This document shows positions 36,892 through 48,030 of a stretch of 64,000 nucleotides of DNA, one piece after another. Under the pieces are notes generated by a model that saw only the letters and a list, made by a program, of their open reading frames with translations, did not search any database and was not told the origin of the DNA. Source of the stretch: Octopus sinensis (taxonomy: Eukaryota). The translations under genes were made by a program, and so were the position numbers. The DNA lies in contig NC_043015.1 of assembly GCF_006345805.1 (NCBI RefSeq), forward strand, positions 35,154,001 to 35,218,000. Direction: 5' to 3'. Each line of letters opens with the position of its first letter. The first letter of the stretch is position 1.

Positions 36892-37070
36892 CTTAATTCT
36901 TTTAATGTTTCCCATAAGCATTCCCTGGAAAACCTTTGATAAATCTCTGAGATTGAATGTGTAATGAGACTTGGCTGGAGTCGGTAACAGCTGTGTGGTG
37001 ATGGTGTTGTAAACCAGAATAGATGTATCAACAAGTTGTTCACTATATTCAGTTACTGACTCTTCATCGG
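36892..37070 (-). CDS. DNAH1: Dynein heavy chain exon (179 nt, phase 1-0): (A)DEESVTEYSEQLVDTSILVYNTITTQLLPTPAKSHYTFNLRDLSKVFQGMLMGNIKRIK
   Basis: Acceptor cttttcag, donor gtacaa; LLPTPAKSHYTFNLRDLSKVFQG motif; not in the supplied ORF track. Confidence 0.96.
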
Positions 37071-37671
37071 CTGAAAAGACAGAAAAAGGTCAAGTGATTA
37101 TTTGGTGCAATATCTCATACATCTGAGATAATGTACCAATGGCATGCATGCACACACAGACTCACACACATATGCATGCACACACAGCAGTTCCACTGTG
37201 ACAGTCCTGCATGAACTTTTGATTAAGCAAGTTTTAGAACAGTTTCACTGAATTATCAGGGAGCACTTATGGGTTGGGTTTTGGTAAAGATAAAATAGAC
37301 CGGTTACGAAAACTGGACTGCATAAACACTTCCTTCTATTTTGCTATTTTGCTGAAATGATGAAGAAATTAGAAGAAAAAAAAAATTACATAGTGAAATG
37401 GGTTTAGTTGGAATGTAAGTTAAGTTGAAACACATCTTTATTTAACAGATTGAGCTGCTTCTTATATTGCATGTGAGAGAGTCTGTTTTAACTTTCAGCC
37501 ATTTTTGTATCAAATCAAGGCAGAAACTTTTCCTTTCTACAAAGGATTCGGCATTTTTCACATCTTAAAATAATTTGTTCACTTAGCAGAAATATTCTGT
37601 TTAATTAACAAATACTGTAAAGGGGAATAAATATTTTTGTGTTGATTGTTCAATGGAATGCATTGCATATA

Positions 37672-38085
37672 GGAGCAGGAGTGGCTGTGTGGTAAGTAGC
37701 TTGCTTACCAACCACATGGTTCTGGGTTCAGTCCCACTGCGTGGCACTTTGGGCAAGTGTCTTCTACTATAGCCTCGGGCCGACCAAAGCCTTGTGAGTG
37801 GATTTGGTAGACGGAAACTGAAAGAAGCCCGTCGTATATATGTGTATATATTTATGTGTGTGTGTATGTTTGTGTGTGTGTGTGTTTGTCCCTCGATCAT
37901 CGCTTGACAACTGATGCTGGTGTGTTTACGTCCCCGTAACTTAGCAGTTCGGCAAAAGAGACCGATAGAATAAATACTAGGCTTACAAAGAATAAGTCCT
38001 GGGGTCGATTTGCTCGACTAAAGGTGGTGCTCCAGCATGGCCACAGTCAAATGACTGAAACAGGTAAAAGAGTAAAAGAGAGAGA
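37672..38085 (+). mobile_element. tRNA-derived CORE-like SINE (resembles octopus OR-type) with central (TA)(TG) microsatellite and second module
   Basis: A-box tggctgtgtgg, B-box gggttcagtccc, CORE-like ttgggcaagtgtcttctac; same structure at 46195-46615 and 52683-53042. Confidence 0.75.
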
Positions 38086-38576
38086 ATATATATTGAGGTC
38101 ATTGCTACTTGGGATGAGGAGGAAGAAAATGATGAAAGGGGTGGGTGGGACATGTTCTAACAAACTGCACAGAAAACTGGCACTTCCAAAAACAAAAAAA
38201 TTCACAAGTGAGTATGACCAGACTTTTGCTATGGAGCCTCAAACAGTCACCTGAACACCAACATATGCAGCAGCAGTTTAGATTAGAATTTTAGCATTTG
38301 AATATGAGTCAAATTTACTTGATGATTGCTGAGTCTTGAATGTAGACTGAAAGTGCATCATTTTCTAAAGAAATGTCAGGCAGGAAAGTGAAAACTCTTC
38401 AAAAGTAAGAATGACATAAAATATATTTCAAGCAAAGATTTTGCATGCCTCAAAGTCACAATACCAGAAAATGTACAGAATGGTGCAAGAAGAAGGCATC
38501 ATCAGCAATAACTTATGTTTCCTATTGATTTTCTCAGCCCTCAAACAAGAGGACACGAGTAAGCCTTCAAACAAGA

Positions 38577-39565
38577 GTAAGCTAGAGGTAGCAGATAGCT
38601 TCTGTTATCTAGATGACCGAGTCAGTAGTAGAGGTGGATGCTCCACGAGTGTAGCTGTGAGAATAAGAAGAGGCTGGGCAAAGTTCAGAGTGCTTCGACT
38701 TCTGCTGGCAACAAACGGCCTCTGCCTCAAAGTGAAAGGCAGATTGTATGATGCATGTGTGTGAACCACTATGCTACATGGCAGTGAAATATGGTGTGTG
38801 ACAGTCGAGGACACGCATAGGCTTGGAAACATTTAAGCCAGTACATTTCACTGGATGTGCAAGTCAGTATGCATGTTTGACAGAGTGTAAGCATCTTGAG
38901 AGAAAAGCTAGGCACAAGAAGCATCGGATGCAGTGTGCAAGAGAGACAAATGCACTGGTATGGTCATGAGATGCATATAGACAAGGACAGCTGCATAAAG
39001 ACATGCTGATCTCTAACTGTGGAGGAAACCTGTGGTAGAAGTAAGCCCAGGAAGACATGGGATGAGATAATGAAGCAGGATCTTCAAACTTTGGGCCTCA
39101 CAGAGGCAATGACTTATGACCAAACCTTTGGCAATATGCTGTGCTTGAGAAGACCCGTGAAGCCAAGTAAAGTCATAGTCGTGGTAGATGCTCATGTCAC
39201 ATAACTGGTATTTGCGCTGGCGGCATGTAAAAAGCACCTTTCAAGCATTGGGCTTCGTGTAAGGAAAGTGGCTGAGTTCTTTTTGAATATTGGGTCTCAC
39301 AGATGCAATGAGCGAGACCTTTGGCATTATGTTGTGCTTAAGAAGACCCATCAAGCCAAGTAAAATTGCAGTTGTGGCAGATGGTGGTACCCATGGTGGA
39401 GGCACATAAAAGCATCCATTACACTCTCAAAGTGGTTGGCATTAGGAAGGGCCTCCAACCATAGAAACCATGCCAAATCAGACTGGAGTCTGGTGCAGCC
39501 TTCCAGCCCCAGTCAAACCATCCAATGCATGCCAGCATGGACAACAGAAGTTAAATGGTGATGAT
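38577..39565 (+). mobile_element. Decayed RTE 3' coding fragment plus tail
   Basis: LEVADSFCYL.D..S..GG......RI..GWAKFR.L..LL.T.GL.L.VKGRLYDACV; tail at about 39400-39565. Confidence 0.8.
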
Positions 39566-39614
39566 AATACACACACACACATATTGTCTGAAGTGTACAG
39601 CATTATGTATCTAT

Positions 39615-39784
39615 TATGGCCAATCTGACTAACTGGTTTCACACTTGGGATTCAACGGATTGTTAGGCAACAATCTGATTACATAATCTTATATAGACTC
39701 ACCACAGAATTGTGATATAATTGGATTGTTACCTAACAATCCATTGAATCCCTAACACAAAACTAATTGCTAAGATTGGCCATA
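39615..39784. mobile_element. Small foldback MITE (170 bp) with TA ends
   Basis: TATGGCCAATCT...AGATTGGCCATA termini; inner arm gggattcaa(c/t)ggattgttagg(c/t)aacaatc mirrored. Confidence 0.75.
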
Positions 39785-40218
39785 TTGGATATAGAATACT
39801 GTACACTTTGGATAATATACTCACTCTATTGACAGATATATGAGTGCACTTTTTCCCAGACTTATGAACTTTTAGACAACTTAGGTACATTTAGACATGC
39901 TGCCACACGCTGCAGAGTATATTACAATAGGTTGTCTGCATCTTGTGCTGTATATTCAACTAACCCATGTTAGTATGGCAGAGAGACATAAAACAAACAT
40001 GCTAATCATATGTTGAAAACAGGCTTTTTTGTGAAATGTGTTCCAATTAATCCCATCTTCTCTTACTTCATATTGAAAATAAAAATTTGCAGTCATTTTA
40101 AATTCAAATGTTTAAGAGACTATAATATCAAATTCCTACAAGTACAGTTTTGCATGTTTCTAATTTGGATTCAGAGTGTGTATGTCTGCATATGTGTGTG
40201 AGTGAGTGCATTCCTTAC

Positions 40219-40392
40219 CAATCCAAGATTCGAAAATGGTTCCAAATATTTTCTTTTTACTAATGTCTTCCATTTCTGTGAAAGCCAGGAAATTAAAATG
40301 TCGTAACAAACGGGCTGTGACAGCATTTCTTCCTGCTCCTGGTGGTCCCATTGAACAAACAAAGTTGACATCAACAAGATTATGGAATTCAC
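40219..40392 (-). CDS. DNAH1: Dynein heavy chain exon (174 nt, phase 1-1): EFHNLVDVNFVCSMGPPGAGRNAVTARLLRHFNFLAFTEMEDISKKKIFGTIFESWI
   Basis: Acceptor ctttag, donor gtaagg; MGPPG.GRN.VT.RL.RHF motif; inside ORF 40160..40531. Confidence 0.96.
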
Positions 40393-40951
40393 CTAAAGAA
40401 AAGAGTGACAACAGTGAATGATGATAAATTGAACGAAGTCTCCGAGGCATGTGACATGGAAAGGTCAACATTGAAACAAAAGAAATAACAATGATGGCAA
40501 TGATAACGATGAGATTACAGTCACTGATCAACTGGATTTGATTGATTTTAGGATAAAACAGAGGGAGACAGAAAGAGTTTAATAAGAAAGGAGGAAAAGG
40601 GAAAACTGAGTAAGGGGTAAATTGTTTTGTCCAGTTCTATATCATCTCTCACTCAGAAAATATGGCCAAGCAAGAAAAACCAAAGTGGCAATGACTTAGA
40701 AATTGCCCCTTATTTATATTAACAACAATAACCACCAGCTGCAACCATTCCAAATACTTGATTCCATAACTTCCATAACTTGGAAAATCTCAAAACTAGC
40801 AAAATATTTTTAAAAACATTTTAAAGAAACAGAGTTAGTTTTGTAGCAACAGAGTTAGGTTTGTAGATTCTGATTGTATTATCCAACGTAATATGTAATG
40901 ATGTTCTGGACATCAATAACTTCTTGGTTCATACGAATGTGATGTGTATTA

Positions 40952-41126
40952 AGCATGGCTGTGCGGTAAGAATATTGCTTCCCAACCACATGGTTTTGGG
41001 TTCAGTCTCATTGTGTGACACCTTGAGCAGGTATCTTTTGCCTTGGACCAACCAAAGCCTTGTGAGTAGATTTGGTAGATGAAAACTGAAAGAAGCCTGT
41101 CATAAATATACATATATATATATATA
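40952..41126 (+). mobile_element. CORE-like SINE 5' half ending in (TA)n
   Basis: catggctgtgcggtaag...ttgggttcagtctc...ccttgagcagg...ccaaagccttgtgagtagatttggtaga. Confidence 0.7.
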
Positions 41127-41854
41127 CTAGCAGTTAAGCCTGGTTTCACCCGGTCTGTTTGGATTATGTGGCTGTGATCGTTTTCAGTTAGGCATAATCT
41201 ATAACAGTGTTTCTCAACCTTATCATTTCAGGTCCCCTGTTTTGATTGGAGCCTCCCCCTTGTCAGAAAACAGCTTCAGGAGTTGTGAAGAAAGAATTTG
41301 TACGTAGTCTGTTTCTGAGAGCTATTCTATTGAACATCTGTTTAATCATTAAAACATTGATTTAATTATGAACATAGAAAGAAATTATACATTCATCCCT
41401 ATTTTTTAAGCAGTTGTATCCGTAAAAATGTTATTTGCAGAGAGCAGGAATTGAAAGAAGATATATGAAATGGACATGTGTGTGTGTGTGTGTGTATGTG
41501 TGTGCATGTGTGTGTGTGTGTGTGCATGCGTATGTGTATGTGAGAGAAGAAGAGAGACAACATAGCGAAAGTTTTGGCTGACTGTCATCCTGTCCTCCCC
41601 TTGTTGCTAGTGAAATGGTATATGCTGTCTGTGTGAGCAACTGGTTGTTTTAATGGCGGAACAAATGGGAATTCCATTAGAAACAGTTTTAATCGATTTT
41701 CTCGGTAAGTATGAGGGCCAGGAAAAAAATGAAAACTGCATTCCAATGTATGCACCCATCTGCACATGTGTGTCAATTTTCATGCAAATCCACCCAGCCA
41801 TTTGGCTGTGAACCTCAAGACAAGAAAGAATACAACAATCACCCATGTCCAATT

Positions 41855-41860
<6 letters not shown>
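41127..41860 (-). mobile_element. Non-autonomous Helitron inserted in the SINE (TA)n
   Basis: Minus-strand 3' end ccgggtgaaaccagg-cttaactg-CTAG|T; 5' part ggctgggtggatttgcatgaaaattgacacac is typical of Helitron-N elements; 5' TC not resolvable in the (TA)n. Confidence 0.65.
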
Positions 41861-41901
<41 letters not shown>

Positions 41902-43189
41902 CAGACACTAGCAATGCATCCTGCCATTGCCTGGCTGTTATGACCTCCAGCCACATTGTATTATTTGTTCCTTTCTTATGGGCAGAATCAGCCACAGCTG
42001 ATATATAGTGAACTGGATTACTGGCATAATGAAAGTTATTGTTTGTTTAAAAGTGAAGTATAGGAGGGTACAATTTGCATGAAAGTGCTTTCTGTTCTTT
42101 AGAAGGATCACAAACTATGTATTTTTTCTTTATATAAAAGGGGGTTAATACAATTTTGCCCAGAAATTACATCTTCAAAATTTATTTTTCTCCCCATCCC
42201 TTCCGTAATTTTTTAATTTGTAACTTTTACGAATTTTTTTTTATCCATGTAGAAAAATACAGAGATTATGAATCTGTGAAATGAATATATTTTTTTTAAA
42301 GTTTAATTTTTCTTAAAGAAACACTTAATGCCCCTTCCCCACCTCACCCACCCATCATCTATCTGCTTTCAACAAACTAAAACCCCCAATGTTTCACTTT
42401 CATCTGATGTTTGCGAAGGAGATTTTAGTGATTCTTTAAGTAAAAAGGAAGATTAAGTCTTAAAGATTTCTACTCTCTGTTTTTTTTTCTCTGTGGATTA
42501 CCAAGAAAAAATTTGGAAGAAAGTAAAAAAAAAAAATGTAGAAATTGTAGAAATCTTCTGTGATGATTTTTTGATGTAATTTTCCTGCTTTTATTTTATA
42601 ATAATGTGTGTGTGTGTATGTATGTGTGTGTGTGTTTGTTACCTAGGTGACCAAGGAAGAAATTTCAACTGTGTTTCGTGGTCTGCTACCACAACAGCTC
42701 CTATATAGGATCCAGTTAGCTCAAGACATAATCCGGAGGAACCATATCCGGTTTCAGCCCCTACTCCTCTACTGTTTTGACGTGCCCCCCTTTCGGAGGT
42801 GTCTTCAGCTCTGGTGTTGGGTGCATGTCTTCTTTCTTCTTCTTCTTCTTCTTCTTTCTTCTGTTCCCTGGCCTCTACGATGTAGCGGCAACGAGTGTCA
42901 GCGGGCGACTGACTGACTTGTTAAATTTTTTCCCTTTAAATACCTGCTGCTAGGCTCCAGCAGGCAGCCCCAGCGAAGATGTCACATGACACTGTCTCAA
43001 CTTTAACTGACCAATGAAGGTACGTAGTCTTAGCCCACACATTCTCTAAACGAGACCGTCACCTGTCAATCAGCGAAGCTAATTCAGTGTCAGCTTGTCT
43101 CACCTAGTGATATTATTCTCCGCCAGCATGTCATGACTTTCAAGCCATTTTTGTAATGGGGGAGGATGCTCTGAATGTATTGTTTCTAG

Positions 43190-43470
43190 AATAAGAACTG
43201 GGTGGAGGAAGTTCAGAGAGTTATTACCTCTGTTGGCAATAAAAGGACTCTCTCTCAGAGTGAAAGGTAAACTATATGATGCTTGTGTGTGAACGGCTAT
43301 ACTCCATGGTAATGAGACATGGGCTCTGAATGCAGAAGATATAAGTAGACTGGAGAGAAATGACGGTAGTATTCTCTATTGGATGTGCAACATCAGTGCA
43401 CATGTGTGGCAAAGTGCAAATGTATTGAGAGAAAAGTTGGGTTGGAGAGGCTCTGTAAACTCTGCAAAGG
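43190..43470 (+). mobile_element. Decayed RTE C-terminal coding fragment
   Basis: KFRELLPLLAIKGLSLRVKGKLYDACV..AILHG.ETWAL. Confidence 0.75.
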
Positions 43471-43527
43471 CTATAGACATGACATAGACATCTGAAGTAG
43501 AGACTATGAAGCCATGTACCATGTATC

Positions 43528-43855
43528 ATGAAAACCAAGTTCCTCAAAACTGTGATGGTTTTTGTGTGTGTCTCTAGTGAGGGTGATGCCATACCATCCC
43601 ATATCTTTAAACAGGGCTGTAGGCTCAATTCAGACAAGCTACTGGAGACTGTCAAACCTTGGCTGGAGAGGATTGCTGCTAGAAGGCCGCATGTGTGGTA
43701 ACAGGTTTCACCTGCTTGCCATACCTCCAGAAAAAGTCAGAAGTGGTTGTTAGAGAATTTCTATGACTTTCCAGGGACACAAAGAGGAATGCATGCACCA
43801 AGTTCTGGAACTGCCCAGAGGCTGTGGTGGAAGCTGAGAGCCAGTCTTTGAGTAT
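43528..43855 (+). mobile_element. Tc1/mariner-superfamily (maT/DD37D-like) transposase remnant
   Basis: MKTKF.KTVMVF.CVSSEG.....HIF.QG.RLNS...LLETVKPWLERIAA.RP.VW*Q.S..CHTSRKSQKWL.ENF.DF, then ACTKF...EAVVEAE; not in the ORF track. Confidence 0.75.
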
Positions 43856-44675
43856 CTCCCATTCGTAATCTCGTTGATATTTTTTGATTTTAAAAATACT
43901 TTTATATTTGGATGGGATATTGTGTTTTTATGCAAACTGTTAAATTTAGCCAAAACACTTTGTATATTAAACAAAAGATAGCGAAGAGAAATCACTCGGA
44001 ATGGCCAATGGTATGTTTATGAACACCATAAACAAATACGGGTATATCCAAAGCTAGAAAAAGTAAAATCTTGATTTATTAAAATTATCTCCACTTCTGT
44101 AGGATGTGTGTTACATTTACCAAATGTCAACTGAGACTAGCTCTTCATGAAACCGGGGAGGTCATCTAAAGAATTAAGAACTCTCCAAAGATGACATGCC
44201 ATTAAGGAATGGACAGGTTTTTTTGTCTGGAGAAAAGAGAACAGTTATGGATACATGCATCTGCCCCAATAGGTACCATTAACACAAAAATTGTCCTACT
44301 CCAGCAGCCAAGTGACTTGGACATATACAAAAAGAGTAGAACATGTGTATATATTTAAGTGTATCAACAATTTATGATTGTTAGACTCCACACTATGGTT
44401 TACATTTCTTTTTTGTCTTCTCATGATAATTTCCATGAATTAGATTATGTATAGTTTATATATTTCAATAACTTATTGGAACTAATGTTTTATAAGTTTG
44501 ATATCATTCCTGATACTGAATCCTCAGCTACACACTGAGAATGTGATACAAGTTACAGCTTATGTATAGAAACTAGCAGAGAATATATCATGGTGCACTG
44601 CTTTATTCAATATGCATCAATAAATATTTCATGAATGAAAATATTTTTATAATAATGATAGATAAGCAGTCTTAC

Positions 44676-44833
44676 CAATCGATTTTCTGTCATACCAGCC
44701 TCCAAAATCCATCCACTGACGGAGAAGTTCAATGGGGGGTTGAGCTCCAAAAGCTTCCAGAGCTGGCATGTTCAAATCATCGATAAAGAATAAAAACATC
44801 TTGCCTAAAGGTGGGCCATAAACTCCTTTACGT
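44676..44833 (-). CDS. DNAH1: Dynein heavy chain exon (158 nt, phase 2-1) with AAA3 Walker B: RKGVYGPPLGKMFLFFIDDLNMPALEAFGAQPPIELLRQWMDFGGWYDRKSI(G)
   Basis: Acceptor ttttcag, donor gtaaga; hallmark dynein AAA3 sequence. Confidence 0.97.
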
Positions 44834-45654
44834 CTGAAAAGAAGTAAAAAAGTTTATATCAATGTGAACAACATCAAGACTAAAATATCTGACCCATACC
44901 CTCATATATTTCCAGGGTATTTGACTACATTTTCCATTATCAACTCATCAATGAAATACTGAGCACATCATGCTAGCAACAAGTGTGTATGTACAAGAAA
45001 TCTTTCAACATTCATAGTTTCCTGAAATATCTGACAGAGGTCTTTATTCTGCACACTTTAACTTTACATATAGCTCAATACAAATTTCACTTAATAGTTT
45101 GACATGTGGTAGCGATTACCACCTACTCTTTATCATCACAATACATACCCATGAAAAAAGCAGACATTTTTACAAACTCCAAAAATGTAAAGTAGAATGA
45201 ATTCAATAAGGAAATGGAATCAAGGTTCATAAAATTCAGCAATACAACCAATAACATAAATGCAATACATACATCTGATAAATATTCATAGATGCATCTA
45301 CAAACCATATAAAAAAAATCAACTCTAATTACATGATAGAATCAGTGAAGCTGATTAAAACTAGAGACACCAGCAACACAATACTCAGCAGGACCAAATC
45401 CAGTTGCAAAACAACTGAACAAGGAACTTGTGTGTTGAAACAAATTCTGTTGTAATTCGGGAGGGGGGGGGGGGATATGCCATTAACAAACACACAAAGG
45501 TTCTGTATCTCTTCTTTTATTATTCTTGTCAATTTGTTAACATTTAACCAGTTAATTAATTGCTTCATTAATTTTTTTAGTCAATCAATGAATAGCGACA
45601 AAATGACCTTGACAAACCTAGCTGATTAATTGATTAACTAAACAATCTATTTCT

Positions 45655-45855
45655 TTACTACCCACAGGGGGCTAAACACAGAGAGGGCAAACGAGGACAG
45701 ACAAACCAGTGCATAACTGGTACTTATTTAATCAACCCCGAAAGGATGAAAGGCAAAGTCGACCTTGGCAGAATTTGAACTTAGAACTTAGTGGCAGGCG
45801 AAATACCACTAAGCATTTCGCCTGGTGTGCTAATGTTTCTGCCAGCTCACCACCT
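45655..45855 (-). mobile_element. tRNA-derived SINE (family B), well preserved
   Basis: Reverse complement ggtgagctggcagaaacattagcacaccaggcgaaatgcttagtgg...aagttcaaattctgccaaggtcgactttgcctttcatcctttcggggttgattaaataagtaccagtt. Confidence 0.75.
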
Positions 45856-46194
45856 TTAACTAAACTAAACAATCTATGAGTTAACTAGTGGAACAGTTAA
45901 CCTATTGACTACTAATAATAAAAGAAGTGAAAGATCCTCTGTGTGTGTGTTTATTAATGGAACAATGACGCACTGGAGAAACACCAAGAGAAATAAAACA
46001 AAACAAAAAAAACAACTAAATGAAGAACCCAAGTTATAGAAAATATAAGGAACATTGTATGACAGCAAGTACTTGTGTCTAGAAAATGTGACTATTTCTT
46101 TCTCCATCAAATCATTCTACTGACTCACCACAATATAAATTCAGTCAAACACAATACAAAGTTTCTATAAGCCATACTGAACACACAAAAATGG

Positions 46195-46412
46195 ATACTC
46201 TTTTACTTATTTCAGTCATTTTGATTGTGGTCATGCTGGAGCACCGCCTTTAGTCAAACAAATTGACCCCAGGACTTATTCTTCGTAATCCTAGTACTTA
46301 ATCTATCAGTCTCTTTTGCCGAACTGCTAAGTTACGGGGACGTAAACTCACCAGCATCGGTTGTCAAGTGATGTTGGGGGGGATAAACACAGATACACAA
46401 ACATATACACAC

Positions 46413-46454
<42 letters not shown>

Positions 46455-46615
46455 GATGGGCTTCTTTCAGTTTCCGTCTGCCAAATCCACTCACAAGGCT
46501 TTGGTCAGCCAGAGGCTATAGTAGAAGACACTTGCCCAAAGTGCCACACAGTGGGACTGAACCCAGAACCATGTGGTTGGTAAACAAGCTACTTACCACA
46601 CAGTCACTCCTACGC
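46195..46615 (-). mobile_element. tRNA-derived CORE-like SINE, bipartite
   Basis: Reverse complement of the 37672-38085 structure. Confidence 0.8.
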
Positions 46616-46732
46616 TTAATTATATTCTTTCAACATTTGCATTAGGCTACATTAAATTCCTATTACACCATTTTTACAAATAAACTCTTTTTTTTGTTTG
46701 GTCAGGAGGAAGAAACTGTGCGCATGGCCATC

Positions 46733-47573
46733 ACAGACCATCCCAAGACCAACAAAACATTTAAACTCACTAGTTTCAAGAAAATCCTAACCAGGACATT
46801 CTAGAAGGATAACATTCTCAGCAAGAAAGGGACTGGATGCAAGAATTAGGGATGGCGAGACATAAATATAGGGGATGACAGGTGAGACATTCAGAAGAAC
46901 TTAAGTGAAGGTTGCATGATACTGGTTAGTTCTGAGGAGCAGAAAGGGGACAGCACGCACGCACACACACACACACGTTCTGGAAATTTCTGGGAAATAA
47001 TATATTAAATGGTATGCATAAACAGAATGTAGTTTGATAAAATGTCTGTCTGTCTGTGCATGTATATGTAGCGATATTGATATCCTCACTCTTTGAGACA
47101 CACAATAAGAATGATCTCGTTTGAGATTACAACCATCTTTGGCTAGTTTGACCCTGTTGTGTCCACTGCTCTGATTGGTTAGCATTTGGCACGGTTTGTC
47201 TCTCAACTTATTTCGTGCCAGTGTGTAAGCCAACCAATCATGGCCTTCGGATAGGATGCTTCATTTGAGCCTACCCCAGGCTTTAAAAGGGCGAGATCAA
47301 CAGCCTTCAAGGTCTTTCAGCTTCAGACCATTTAAGGTCTAGTCACTGACCACAGAGCTACTCAGCCATGTTCCAGTTCCAGCGACAGATGACCAGCCAG
47401 CCAACCATGCTACTGCTCCAGCCATGAAAATGTTATTATACACCAGCGACAGACAGGACATTCTCCATCTCCGCCACTGTCATCACCATCATCGTCTCCA
47501 TCTCCGTCAACTTCAACATGTACACATCAACATTAAACAGACCATCCCAAGACCAACAAAACATTTAAACTCA
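46733..47573. repeat. Unclassified 841-bp segment bounded by perfect 37-bp direct repeats
   Basis: acagaccatcccaagaccaacaaaacatttaaactca at 46733-46769 and 47537-47573. Confidence 0.8.
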
Positions 47574-48030
47574 TGCTGTTTGAGAATATTCACCCTGGTA
47601 AAACAGTCAAAGTCTACCTGAAGAACTATCTACCAAATCCACTCACAAGGCTTTGATCGGCCTGAGGCTATAGACTTGGCATGGCATGATAAGCCACAAC
47701 TTCTACACATGTAGTAACCAGCTTCTGCCACGTGACCCCCAACATCTTGCTATAGAACTTGCAATCATGTACCTCCCATACAAATTGGTAAACAAATTCC
47801 ATCTTAACTCAATATGCTGAGGCATTCATTTTACGCTCTGTATTTCTGTTGCATATGCATACACCTTTATCTGTACCTTCTGTCGCACACACAAACACTT
47901 GTCGCATACACACAGACACAACACTTCGCTAGCACTCACACACTCTCTCTTTGTGCACATTGTAAATAAAGATCTTCTTCTCTCTGAAACAATAGAACGG
48001 TTTGTTGTCCACATTTGGTCCTTTTGGCAC

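Noticed and set aside
37071-40218. Possible missing micro-exon, because the protein seems shorter here than vertebrate DNAH1 as I recall it
   Set aside because: The flanking exons join in frame (phase 1-1), this loop is variable, and I found no candidate exon.
42781-42810. Minus-strand CTGAAGA followed by a GAAA hairpin, a possible third hammerhead
   Set aside because: The GAAA is the loop of the hairpin; no GAAA follows a stem II, and there is no stem III or cleavage triplet.
47610-47640. cctgaagaa after the second 37-bp direct repeat, a possible hammerhead start
   Set aside because: It is cut off immediately by a SINE fragment; no stem II or GAAA is visible.
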